This document shows positions 51,287 to 58,776 of a stretch of DNA of 64,000 bases, piece after piece. The stretch comes from a virus (Duplodnaviria; Heunggongvirae; Uroviricota; Caudoviricetes), in IMG/VR virus record IMGVR_UViG_3300009500_000011, positions 104,585-168,584 of that record; one strand, 5' to 3'. The translations under genes were made by a program, and so were the position numbers. Position 1 is the stretch's first letter, and each line of letters starts with the position of its first letter. The notes under the pieces are model-generated. The model ran no database searches, was not told where the DNA came from, and saw only the letters and a list, made by a program, of their open reading frames with translations.

Positions 51287-51637
51287 ATGCTTGAAGATTT
51301 TAGTATTCGTGTATATCCAAATCAAAGCCTTACTCATGAAGAAGTGGTATTTTTTCTAAAAAATCGAATATTATGTTCTGATAGGATAACAAAAAAATTT
51401 ATTGCTTTAAAGAAAAAAACTATTCTAAATGGACTTTTTAGAAATTGTATAACTAGAGGTTCAAAGTGGAAACAAGCTTTTCAAACTAAAGAAGAAGCTA
51501 ATACTTTTGTTGAAAAACGATTTGGTAAAGATAAAGCATATAGTTATAAATGTGAACTTCATGGTTATCACATATCTTGCATAGATGAAAGTACGTATCG
51601 AAGAGGATATTTGAAAAGAGAAGAAGAGACGAGATAA
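51287..51637 (+). CDS. hypothetical protein, paralog of 62970..63194
   Basis: Shared motif W/K-x-F-Q-T-x3-A-x2-[FW]-x2-K-x-F...Y.C..HG[YW]H. Confidence 0.4.
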   Translation: MLEDFSIRVYPNQSLTHEEVVFFLKNRILCSDRITKKFIALKKKTILNGLFRNCITRGSKWKQAFQTKEEANTFVEKRFGKDKAYSYKCELHGYHISCIDESTYRRGYLKREEETR

Positions 51638-51670
51638 ATTTATTGGACCTTTCTCAAAGGAAATAATAAA

Positions 51671-52426
51671 ATGCGCGCTCTTGGTTTAAAATCTTTAGTA
51701 GACCCACGTAGGGACCAATATCCAAAATTAATTTTAAAAGATGGTCCAATTCCTTCAAAAGTTGAATATGCTCCTTTATATCCTCCGGTTGATGACCAAG
51801 GAAATTTTGGTACATGTGTTGCATTTGGAACCGGCAAAGTCTTTGAATACTTTTATAATAAGCAGAACAACAAACAACTTTTAATTTCAAAACGTGCCCT
51901 TTTTTCAGAAATTAAACAAAATTTTTACCCTCATGATACTCAAGATGATGGTGCCCAAGTTTCTGATGGATTACAAATATTATCTTTAAATTACATCTTA
52001 GAATCTGATTTTCCTTATGAACCGGCTGGAGATTTTAGTCAGTTTTTACATGGGGTTCCAGCAAATCTTGAAAAAACAGATTTTAAAATAAAACATTTTG
52101 TATCGGTAAATCCCGTCATTGATGATATGAAAAATGCATTATTTCATCAAGGCCCTTTAGCTATCGGAACATCCTTTGCAAACGAATGGATGGAGATTGG
52201 TAGTGATGGTCGTTTACCTGGTTCTAATCTTACATCTGCTGGTGGACATTGCATGTCTATTACCGGATATGATGATGACTTTGTAAATCTAGATGGTTCA
52301 AAAGGTGCTTTCCATTATATTAACAATTGGTCAACTGCTTGGGGCCAAGAAGGATATGCTTGGTTGCCATATAACGTTGATACAGACTTTTTTCCAACCG
52401 ACCTTTTTACAGTTCAAGTTCAATAA
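51671..52426 (+). CDS. papain-like cysteine peptidase (C1 family)
   Basis: QGNFGTCVAFG (Gln/Cys), GGHCMSITGYDD (His), NNWSTAWGQEGYAW (Asn/Trp). Complete catalytic signature. Confidence 0.85.
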   Translation: MRALGLKSLVDPRRDQYPKLILKDGPIPSKVEYAPLYPPVDDQGNFGTCVAFGTGKVFEYFYNKQNNKQLLISKRALFSEIKQNFYPHDTQDDGAQVSDGLQILSLNYILESDFPYEPAGDFSQFLHGVPANLEKTDFKIKHFVSVNPVIDDMKNALFHQGPLAIGTSFANEWMEIGSDGRLPGSNLTSAGGHCMSITGYDDDFVNLDGSKGAFHYINNWSTAWGQEGYAWLPYNVDTDFFPTDLFTVQVQ

Positions 52427-52437
52427 TAATCAAACTG

Positions 52438-52466
52438 TTGACAAAACAGAGGAAATTGATTATACT
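52438..52466 (+). promoter_or_regulatory. sigma70-type promoter for the tmRNA transcript
   Basis: TTGACA-17 nt-TATACT. Confidence 0.6.
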
Positions 52467-52471
52467 ATAGA

Positions 52472-52602
52472 TATGGTCGTAAGAGACTAGTCGCGGTCTG
52501 AAAAAAAGCCGCCTTGCGTTGACCCTCTTATCACGCCCGTAAACTCGGGACTTAGTAAGTCCTTCCAGAACAAGTCTAATAAACACTCTGGAAGGCAAAC
52601 TT
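52472..52602 (+). ncRNA. structured 5' leader or co-transcribed RNA upstream of the tmRNA
   Basis: Lies between the predicted TSS and the tmRNA 5' end. 9-bp hairpin CCTTCCAGA/TCTGGAAGG and hairpin GGACTT/AAGTCC. Confidence 0.35.
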
Positions 52603-53054
52603 GGGATATAGCAGTTTTGACTGGAAAACCAAGGGCTATAAGACAAGCAGTAGAGCATTAGGCTACTATAAAAAATGCAAACAAACAATCGCAGACTTTT
52701 CTGTAACTGGGTTCAACGACTTCATCGCTCGCGAAGCGGTCGCTGCCTAAAACCTCTCTAGGCTCGTAGAGTAATACGGGCTAAGGGAAACATAGTTTCC
52801 CTACCTTATCCGTGGGGCCACACGGAAGGTTCGATTCACGTTTCAGAGGTTACTACTCTGTAGCACCATAAACGAGAATATTACCCTTATGAATAAGGGC
52901 GACCGGAGGGCTAGGTCGTAAATGGCGCTCATTGTAGGCTGAAATTTCCTACAAAACCAAGTCCTGGTTGAGGGAATAAATATCAGGAAGCTTGTATAAT
53001 CAAATAGTTCGAAGATTCTAGGACTCGGGGGGCGGCTCCCCGAATATTCCACCA
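52603..53054 (+). ncRNA. ssrA: tmRNA (SsrA) candidate, one-piece
   Basis: 5' GGGATAT pairs with 3' ATATTCC-ACCA and gives G3-U70. H-type pseudoknot AGTAG-a-GCATT-agg-CTACT-ataaaa-AATGC at 52649-52678. Then a 12-nt A-rich spacer ending ATC and resume codon GCA at 52691. The tag frame reads ADFSVTGFNDFIAREAVAA, with stop TAA at 52748-52750 in hairpin GCCTA/TAGGC. GGAC precedes the T stem TCGGG/CCCGA. Own promoter and terminator. Confidence 0.75.
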
Positions 53055-53063
53055 AATAATAAT

Positions 53064-53095
53064 AAACCTTCAATGTAAAAGTTGAAGGTTTATTT
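53064..53095 (+). terminator. intrinsic terminator after the tmRNA
   Basis: AAACCTTCAA...TTGAAGGTTT followed by ATTT. Confidence 0.6.
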
Positions 53096-53096
53096 A

Positions 53097-53125
53097 TTGA
53101 CATTCTTAGGTAATTCTGATATAAT
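53097..53125 (+). promoter_or_regulatory. sigma70-type promoter
   Basis: TTGACA-17 nt-TATAAT (full consensus). Confidence 0.65.
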
Positions 53126-53131
53126 ATTGAT

Positions 53132-53335
53132 ATGTACCCAATGAATATTCAAGTAATTTATAAAGATATTCCTGGTTTTAAAGGAATGGGTCGCGTTGTC
53201 GGTGTTGCATCTTATGCTTTTCCTGGAATGGGCTGCATGTATATTGTTGAAGACTTAGATGGTAATATTCCGACCAAAGAATATCCTTATAAAACTTTTA
53301 TTGTTCAAGAATCTTTATTACATTTTTGTACTTAA
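53132..53335 (+). CDS. hypothetical protein
   Basis: ORF behind the consensus promoter at 53097-53125. Confidence 0.4.
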   Translation: MYPMNIQVIYKDIPGFKGMGRVVGVASYAFPGMGCMYIVEDLDGNIPTKEYPYKTFIVQESLLHFCT

Positions 53336-53340
53336 TAAAA

Positions 53341-53538
53341 ATGACAGTTAAAGAATTAATTTTGGGATTATCTAAATTTGACGAAAATTTTACTATTGTT
53401 ACCAGGACTGGAAAATATTATTTAGCAGATAAAGTAACAACCGTTGAAGATGGATGGTTTGATGAAGAAAATATGATTTTTTATATTGAATCTTCATTTA
53501 AAGACATAAATATTAAAAACGCTGTATTAATAGAGTGA
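53341..53538 (+). CDS. hypothetical protein
   Basis: ORF 53326..53538 trimmed to ATG (MTVKEL). Confidence 0.4.
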   Translation: MTVKELILGLSKFDENFTIVTRTGKYYLADKVTTVEDGWFDEENMIFYIESSFKDINIKNAVLIE

Positions 53539-53624
53539 TGGGTGAATTGGTCAAACCACCTTCCTGCTAAGAAGGCGCGACCCCTCAAAAGGTCTTCCGG
53601 GTTCGAGTCCCGGTCACTCTGCCA
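53532..53624 (+). tRNA. tRNA-Ser(GCT), type II
   Basis: Acceptor AGAGTGA/TCACTCT, arm CCTTC-CTGCTAA-GAAGG, long variable arm GACC...GGTC, T arm CCGGG-TTCGAGT-CCCGG, G73, CCA. Confidence 0.85.
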
Positions 53625-53646
53625 ATTTAAATCTAAGAAAATTATA

Positions 53647-53868
53647 ATGCGAAATATAAATGATTCTGTTGCAATTATAGCTTATTCTCAAGATGATTAT
53701 ATTATTGTTACATCTGGAAGAATAGTAGGTATAAAAATCCATGTTACTAAACCTGATTTATATAATGTTCTTAGTATAGATGGCAACATTTATAGTGTAT
53801 CAGATGATAAAATTTTTGATTCTTTTGAATCTGCTTTAGAAATAGCCAAATCAAAACCAAATTTATAA
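53647..53868 (+). CDS. hypothetical protein
   Basis: ORF 53542..53868 trimmed; its first 35 codons are the tRNA-Ser gene. Confidence 0.4.
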   Translation: MRNINDSVAIIAYSQDDYIIVTSGRIVGIKIHVTKPDLYNVLSIDGNIYSVSDDKIFDSFESALEIAKSKPNL

Positions 53869-54287
53869 TGTCTTATAAATTATTAAAAATTATACCTGGG
53901 GCTTCAAAAGGCATAAAATTATTTAGAACAAGTAAATTTAATCGTGATGGTATGCCTAAAATAAAGCCCAAATCTAGCAAATATAGGTCTTCTATGTTTG
54001 CTTCTTATTTTATAGAACATACCCGTTGTGCTTTTAAAGGTCATGTTCCTAAACCTTCGGGTCGCAAAAATCATTTGCCAACATGTAAATATTGTTATCA
54101 TATTTTGCCTGAATATGGATACGGTTATGGATGGACAAAAGAATTAGAAATTTCTATATATGGTGAAAAGGATTGTCGTCGGTATTGTGAGAATTGCACA
54201 TCAGGTTATTATTTAAAGCCAGATTCGATTAAATGTAATAACTATTTTTGCGGTAAAGAAAGAAAATATATTATTAATCATGCATAA
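53868..54287 (+). CDS. hypothetical Cys-rich basic protein
   Basis: Intact ORF in the tiling. Confidence 0.4.
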   Translation: MSYKLLKIIPGASKGIKLFRTSKFNRDGMPKIKPKSSKYRSSMFASYFIEHTRCAFKGHVPKPSGRKNHLPTCKYCYHILPEYGYGYGWTKELEISIYGEKDCRRYCENCTSGYYLKPDSIKCNNYFCGKERKYIINHA

Positions 54288-54567
54288 ATATGCTGTTTTC
54301 CATCAAAATTATAATGAAAAATATGATAAACGTTTGATTGCAGTAGTTGAAATTGCAGAAGGTGTTAATCCTCATGCTGCTCATATGTATGGGCAATCAT
54401 TTTTAAATGACCCTGAGCATTATTATACCATTGTCGAAAGATATGAAGAACCAAAGGTTGTATTGATAACAGAAAAAGTTCTTCAAGCAAGATTGTCTAT
54501 AATAGAAAAGCAACGTGAAATTGCTGAAAGACAAAAAGAAATTAATAAGTTATTAAAGGTTGGATAA
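54280..54567 (+). CDS. hypothetical protein
   Basis: Intact ORF in the tiling. Confidence 0.4.
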   Translation: MHKYAVFHQNYNEKYDKRLIAVVEIAEGVNPHAAHMYGQSFLNDPEHYYTIVERYEEPKVVLITEKVLQARLSIIEKQREIAERQKEINKLLKVG

Positions 54568-54881
54568 TGAAACCAGCAAATAAACCATGTTCAAAAGAGT
54601 ATTGTTTTAAAGAGGCAAAAGAATTTGAAGATGCTTTAATTGAAGATGGCATGGTTGTCACACGAACAAAACCTAAACTTTTTAAGTGTGGCAAATGTGG
54701 TATTCTTGTTTGTGCCTACCATTCGACGGCATTAGTTATGTTTAGGGATGAACATGGAAATCGAAAACAAATTGCGTATAAACCAGCAATTTGTCGTCGT
54801 TGTTCTTGGTTAGAAGATAATGCTGGTTTACATGGTAGACCCGCAGGTTGGATTGCAACGAGAGTCCCTATTCCTTGGTAA
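54567..54881 (+). CDS. hypothetical Cys-rich protein
   Basis: CGKCG...CRRC motifs. Confidence 0.4.
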   Translation: MKPANKPCSKEYCFKEAKEFEDALIEDGMVVTRTKPKLFKCGKCGILVCAYHSTALVMFRDEHGNRKQIAYKPAICRRCSWLEDNAGLHGRPAGWIATRVPIPW

Positions 54882-54924
54882 TAATCAAAATAATAATTGA
54901 CAACACTAGAAAAGAAAGTAAGAT

Positions 54925-55179
54925 ATGAACATGGATACTAAATCACAGAATTCGGAAGAAACAAAAATTGTAGGTCGTACTGCTTTAGTTACTGGCAAAA
55001 TTGGCCCAGACACACTTGGTCAAGTTACTGTTGCTATACGTGAAGGCACAGATACATATTCTGCGCGTTCGGCTCATCCTGACGAAGTAATATCTGTTGG
55101 TTCTGAAGTTGTAATTTCAAAGTTTTTTCCTCCACGGACTGTTTTAGTTTCAAAAACTACTACTTCTACGAAAGAATAA
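54925..55179 (+). CDS. NfeD-like OB-fold protein
   Basis: G.TALVTG.I....G.V.V......Y.A.S......G..V.I pattern of the NfeD C-terminal domain. Sits immediately upstream of an SPFH gene, as in bacterial nfeD-floT operons. Confidence 0.5.
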   Translation: MNMDTKSQNSEETKIVGRTALVTGKIGPDTLGQVTVAIREGTDTYSARSAHPDEVISVGSEVVISKFFPPRTVLVSKTTTSTKE

Positions 55180-55185
55180 TAAATC

Positions 55186-56619
55186 TTGACTAGTTTACTT
55201 ATGACATATGGAATTCCGGTAGGTATCGGATTATTAGCATTATTTTTCATCGTTGGACTTCTTCGTTCAATGTATAAAGTCGCAGAACCGAATGAAGCTT
55301 TAATTATTTCAGGTTTTGGGGCAGGCAAAAAAGGTTCTGACTTAGATTTCAAATCAGTTGCTGGCGGTGGCACATTTGTAATTCCTGGCCTTCAAATTGT
55401 GCGTAAACTTTCTTTAGAAGCCCGTACTGCTAAATTGGTTACAAGTTGTGTTTCTAAGCAGGGTATTGGTGTATCTATTGAAGGTGTTTGTATGTACAAA
55501 ATTGGTGATAGCGCACAATCTATTGCCAACGCTGCACGACGTTTTCTAGGTCAACCAGATGACTTAATTGATAGCAATATTCAAACAGTTCTTGACGGTC
55601 ATCTTCGTTCAATTATCAGTAATTTAACGATTGAAGAAATTCTTCAAAATCGTGAAAAACTTACTGGTGAGACAAGAAGTGCTGCTGATGATGAACTTGC
55701 ACAGATGGGTCTAGTTATTAACTCGCTTCAAATCATTAGTATCAAAGATTCTAGTAATTATGTTGCAAGCATGGCTGCTCCTCATGTTGCAGAAGTTCAA
55801 AAGAATGCTCGTATTGCACAGGCTGCTGCTGAACAAGCAGCAACAATTGCTGAACAAGAGGCTGCTGCTCAAAAGGCCGCTGCTACTAGAGATTCAGAAG
55901 TCAAACAGGCTGCATATTTAGCAGAGATTGAATCTGCGAAAGCAACAGCAGCACAACAAGGCCCTCTAGCGGCTGCTAAAGCGCAACAAGCCGTTATGGT
56001 TGAACAAACTAAAATGACGGAACTTGAAGCTAATCGTAAAGAACAAGAACTTCAAGTTAGTGTTCGTCGTCCTGCTGATGCAGAAGCCTATGCTGTTACA
56101 GTTAAGGCAAATGCTCAAAAGGTTGCTACGATTGCTGCTGCTGAAGCAAATGCACAACAAACTAAACTTGAAGCTGAATCTCGCGCTGCCGCAGCTAGGG
56201 TTCTTGGTGAAGGTGAAGCAGAGGCTACAAAGGCCCGTGGTGCTGGTGAAGCTGCTGCTATTGAAGCCAAAGGTCTTGCTGAAGGTAAAGCAATTCAAGC
56301 GCGTGTACTTGCCGAAGCCGAAGGTATTGCCGCTAGTGGTAAAGCATTCGCTGAAAATAAAGAATCTGTTATTCAAAAGATTCTTGCAGAACATATGCCT
56401 GAAATTGTTAAAGAAGCTGCACAACCATTTGCTGCAATTAAAAACTTCATGGTTCTTGATGGTGCCCAAGGTGTAAATCGTACACTTACCGGAATCATCG
56501 GTGTGGGTGCAACCTTGCTTCCACAAATCATGCAGACTTTTAAAGATGGTGCAGAGGTTGTTAAGAATCAAGTATCACTCACGAATTCTGGAACAGACTC
56601 TGAAAAACCCAAGAAGTAA
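55186..56619 (+). CDS. flotillin-like SPFH (band 7) protein
   Basis: N-terminal TM helix, YKVAEPNEALIISG start of the SPFH domain, long Ala/Glu/Gln-rich flotillin coiled coil. TTG start (alternative ATG at 55201). Confidence 0.85.
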   Translation: MTSLLMTYGIPVGIGLLALFFIVGLLRSMYKVAEPNEALIISGFGAGKKGSDLDFKSVAGGGTFVIPGLQIVRKLSLEARTAKLVTSCVSKQGIGVSIEGVCMYKIGDSAQSIANAARRFLGQPDDLIDSNIQTVLDGHLRSIISNLTIEEILQNREKLTGETRSAADDELAQMGLVINSLQIISIKDSSNYVASMAAPHVAEVQKNARIAQAAAEQAATIAEQEAAAQKAAATRDSEVKQAAYLAEIESAKATAAQQGPLAAAKAQQAVMVEQTKMTELEANRKEQELQVSVRRPADAEAYAVTVKANAQKVATIAAAEANAQQTKLEAESRAAAARVLGEGEAEATKARGAGEAAAIEAKGLAEGKAIQARVLAEAEGIAASGKAFAENKESVIQKILAEHMPEIVKEAAQPFAAIKNFMVLDGAQGVNRTLTGIIGVGATLLPQIMQTFKDGAEVVKNQVSLTNSGTDSEKPKK

Positions 56620-56690
56620 GTAATTTACTACAATCACATAGCAGGTAGATTAATCTCTACCTGCTATGTTTATTTAAAAGGTTCATATAT

Positions 56691-56993
56691 ATGTTAAGCG
56701 AAGAATTTAAAGAAAAAAGATTTAAAGAAAACACATCATTAGATAAAGACCGCATTCTATATTCAGGTGCTTTATATGATGATGTTAGAGCGGCAATATA
56801 TGCTGTAGTTCGTCAATGGCGCGCTTCACATAATAATTTTGGTAAAAATTCTACAATGAAACATGTAGATGAAATTATGACTATGCCTGAAGTAATTCGA
56901 TTATATGACCCATTTTATACAACAAAAAGTTGGTTTAATTATACAGGTTGCACCTGTCGCGGTGATTGCTGCGAAAATCATGAAGAGGAATAA
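56691..56993 (+). CDS. hypothetical protein
   Basis: Intact ORF in the tiling. Confidence 0.4.
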   Translation: MLSEEFKEKRFKENTSLDKDRILYSGALYDDVRAAIYAVVRQWRASHNNFGKNSTMKHVDEIMTMPEVIRLYDPFYTTKSWFNYTGCTCRGDCCENHEEE

Positions 56994-57000
56994 TAAAAAA

Positions 57001-57228
57001 ATGCCGTTTTACAAATTTCGTTGCTCAAATTTTGAATGTAGTTATAACCAAAAAGATTTAAAACCATTAGTATTTGAATTAAATATGTCAATGACAAATT
57101 ATTCTCAATTATCTAAAGATAGTATCACCGGGAATCCAATGGTAAAATGTCCAGAATGTTCTTATGATGCTATTAGAGTATTTGAAGCCCCAGCAGTTCA
57201 TACAGAAACGGGAGTTAAATCAAGATAA
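57001..57228 (+). CDS. FmdB-family zinc-ribbon protein
   Basis: Trimmed to MPFYKFRC..FEC...CPEC, the canonical FmdB N-terminus (MP.YEYRC..C). Confidence 0.55.
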   Translation: MPFYKFRCSNFECSYNQKDLKPLVFELNMSMTNYSQLSKDSITGNPMVKCPECSYDAIRVFEAPAVHTETGVKSR

Positions 57229-57443
57229 TGAATCAAAAAGTTTACCAACCTAGAAAAGAAGATAGAAGAAAATCTTCAAGACGCGAAGCTGATGATAAAG
57301 TTATGGTAACCTTTGAACTTGATAGAGAAGTTTATTTCGAAGTTTTAAAAATTTGTATTGAGACAAAACAAACCTTTGAAGAATTTGTTGTCAAAGCGGT
57401 AAAAGAACAATTAGAAAGAATTAAAAATTCGGATGTTGGGTAG
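57228..57443 (+). CDS. possible ribbon-helix-helix (CopG-like) protein
   Basis: Basic N-terminus, then beta-strand VMVTFELD and two short helices. By-eye call only. Confidence 0.35.
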   Translation: MNQKVYQPRKEDRRKSSRREADDKVMVTFELDREVYFEVLKICIETKQTFEEFVVKAVKEQLERIKNSDVG

Positions 57444-57681
57444 ACAACAATCTTTGTACAATTCTTGTAAAATTAATTTTAATACTTTAAAACAAAATGT
57501 TAAAATTTTGTTGGGTGATAATAAAAAAGTTTTAGATGCCTTACAAGTTGTTGAATTAGAACTAATTAAAGTCAATCCTTATTGTAAAATAACTTCAATT
57601 AAAAATGTTACAGAAGAAGAAAACAATTCTCCTGTTCTAGAAAAAGAGAATACTACTGATGAAAGCAAAACAAGCAATTAA
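57433..57681 (+). CDS. hypothetical protein
   Basis: Intact ORF overlapping both neighbours by a few codons. Confidence 0.35.
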   Translation: MLGRQQSLYNSCKINFNTLKQNVKILLGDNKKVLDALQVVELELIKVNPYCKITSIKNVTEEENNSPVLEKENTTDESKTSN

Positions 57682-57853
57682 AATGCTAAAAAACATAGGA
57701 TTTGATATAGAGCGTATGGGAAAAGGTGACCATATATTATTGCGGAGTCCTGATAATAAAAGAATTGTTCTGCAAAATGGTGCATTAGAATTATCTCCAG
57801 GTTTGACAGGTAAAGTTAGAAGTCTTTTGCAAAAAGGTAAGTTAAATGAGTGA
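57659..57853 (+). CDS. HicA-like mRNA interferase toxin
   Basis: 64 aa. K..IK.L...GF.....GKGDH......D......L.....L..G pattern of the YcfA/HicA family. Confidence 0.55.
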   Translation: MKAKQAIKMLKNIGFDIERMGKGDHILLRSPDNKRIVLQNGALELSPGLTGKVRSLLQKGKLNE

Positions 57854-58106
57854 CCATTATACTTATTCCTATGATTCTCCTCCTTTTTGTTATAAATGTA
57901 AAACATTACATAATAATAATCTAATTTGTGATGTTCTTAAAGAAGAATATCTTAAAAAAAGTTTAGAACCCGAAAGATTTATAAAAGTCCACGAAGAAAA
58001 ACGCTGGATTGATTCGACTAATTTCCGAATAATAGAATATTTCAATCTTTTGCCTAAAAAAATTTATGGAAATTGGGCTAAACCAATATTGTTGACAAAA
58101 CAATAA
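57846..58106 (+). CDS. hypothetical protein
   Basis: ATGAGTGA overlap with the HicA-like gene. Contains the promoter for tRNA-Val in its 3' end. Confidence 0.4.
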   Translation: MSDHYTYSYDSPPFCYKCKTLHNNNLICDVLKEEYLKKSLEPERFIKVHEEKRWIDSTNFRIIEYFNLLPKKIYGNWAKPILLTKQ

Positions 58107-58120
58107 AATTGTGCTATTAT
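58092..58120 (+). promoter_or_regulatory. sigma70-type promoter for tRNA-Val(TAC)
   Basis: TTGACA-17 nt-TATTAT, 10 nt upstream of the tRNA 5' end. Confidence 0.6.
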
Positions 58121-58130
58121 AAAAGTATAT

Positions 58131-58213
58131 CGGCGGGTTCCCGTAGCGGCGAACGGTCTGCTTTTACATGGCAGCATACCACATCGTGGGTTCGAGTCCC
58201 ACCCTGCCGACCA
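58131..58213 (+). tRNA. tRNA-Val(TAC) with 11-nt variable loop
   Basis: Acceptor CGGCGGG/CCTGCCG, arm CTGCT-TTTACAT-GGCAG, variable CATACCACATC, T arm GTGGG-TTCGAGT-CCCAC, CCA. Promoter at 58092-58120. Confidence 0.7.
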
Positions 58214-58230
58214 CTTTAGCAGAGAAACAA

Positions 58231-58560
58231 ATGGCAAAAGTAACAAAAAAATTAGAGCATTGCCCTGATTGTTATGTTAAGATAAATGAACGCCATCATA
58301 AAGGCTGTGACATTGAAAGATGTACGGTTTGTGGCGGTCAAAGACTTGTTTGCGGTTGTAAAGGTCATAAGCCTTGGAGTGCTGTTTGGACCGGATTTTG
58401 GCCCGGTGTAATTGAATGTCAAGTTTTAGGATGGTATTCAAAATTTATTCCGAATTATGGTTGGCGTCAAACTACCCAAGATGACCCAGATGGAATGGAA
58501 GATTTAAACCGATGGGTTATCTATAACATGGAAGTTCATCAGTTGACAAATCTTTCCTAA
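58231..58560 (+). CDS. hypothetical Cys/His-rich protein
   Basis: ORF 58168..58560 trimmed to ATG (MAKVTKK); the first 21 codons are tRNA-Val. CPDC...CTVCGG...CGC. Confidence 0.4.
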   Translation: MAKVTKKLEHCPDCYVKINERHHKGCDIERCTVCGGQRLVCGCKGHKPWSAVWTGFWPGVIECQVLGWYSKFIPNYGWRQTTQDDPDGMEDLNRWVIYNMEVHQLTNLS

Positions 58561-58571
58561 TTTAGTATCAT
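58543..58571 (+). promoter_or_regulatory. sigma70-type promoter for the leader plus tRNA-Arg
   Basis: TTGACA-17 nt-TATCAT. Confidence 0.55.
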
Positions 58572-58577
58572 ATAATT

Positions 58578-58680
58578 GTAAGCACCAAGCGGGTAAGAGA
58601 ATGAATGTAAGAAGTTCTCTCTTCGTAGTGCAATTCCGTGGTTCTTGTCGTCTTAAACCGAACGGCGCTTTTTCGGTTAA
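58578..58680 (+). ncRNA. structured leader RNA upstream of tRNA-Arg(ACG)
   Basis: Lies after promoter 58543-58571. Hairpins AAGAGAA/TTCTCTT, GCAC/GTGC and AACCGAA/TTCGGTT. No ORF. Confidence 0.35.
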
Positions 58681-58685
58681 AATAT

Positions 58686-58776
58686 CTCGGTGTGGTGTAA
58701 CTGGATAGCACAAAACGCTACGAACGTTTAGGGAGCCGCAAGGCCATTGGGGGTTCGAATCCCTCCATCGAGGCCA
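58686..58776 (+). tRNA. tRNA-Arg(ACG) on a type II (long variable arm) scaffold
   Basis: Acceptor CTCGGTG/CATCGAG, perfect arm AAACG-CTACGAA-CGTTT, 19-nt variable region with GCC-GCAA-GGC hairpin, T arm GGGGG-TTCGAAT-CCCTC, CCA. 91 nt. Confidence 0.65.

Noticed and set aside
52438-53095. Two-piece (circularly permuted) tmRNA, RNase P RNA or group I intron as explanations for this long structured RNA
   Set aside because: The 5' acceptor strand precedes, and the T arm/ACCA follows, the tag region, which is the standard order. I could not find the RNase P GGAAAGTCC/ACAGAA-type conserved boxes. No interrupted host gene flanks the region.
52407-53103. Minus-strand ORFs 52407..52688 (93 aa) and 52843..53103 (86 aa)
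   Set aside because: They lie antisense to the region that folds as a tmRNA with its own promoter and terminator. They have no RBS and odd composition, so they were treated as spurious.
55966-56571. Alternative-frame ORFs inside the flotillin gene: 55966..56571 (-), 56024..56476 (+) and 55074..55373 (-)
   Set aside because: These are artefacts of the Ala/Glu-rich, stop-poor coiled-coil coding region. The SPFH frame has clear family motifs.
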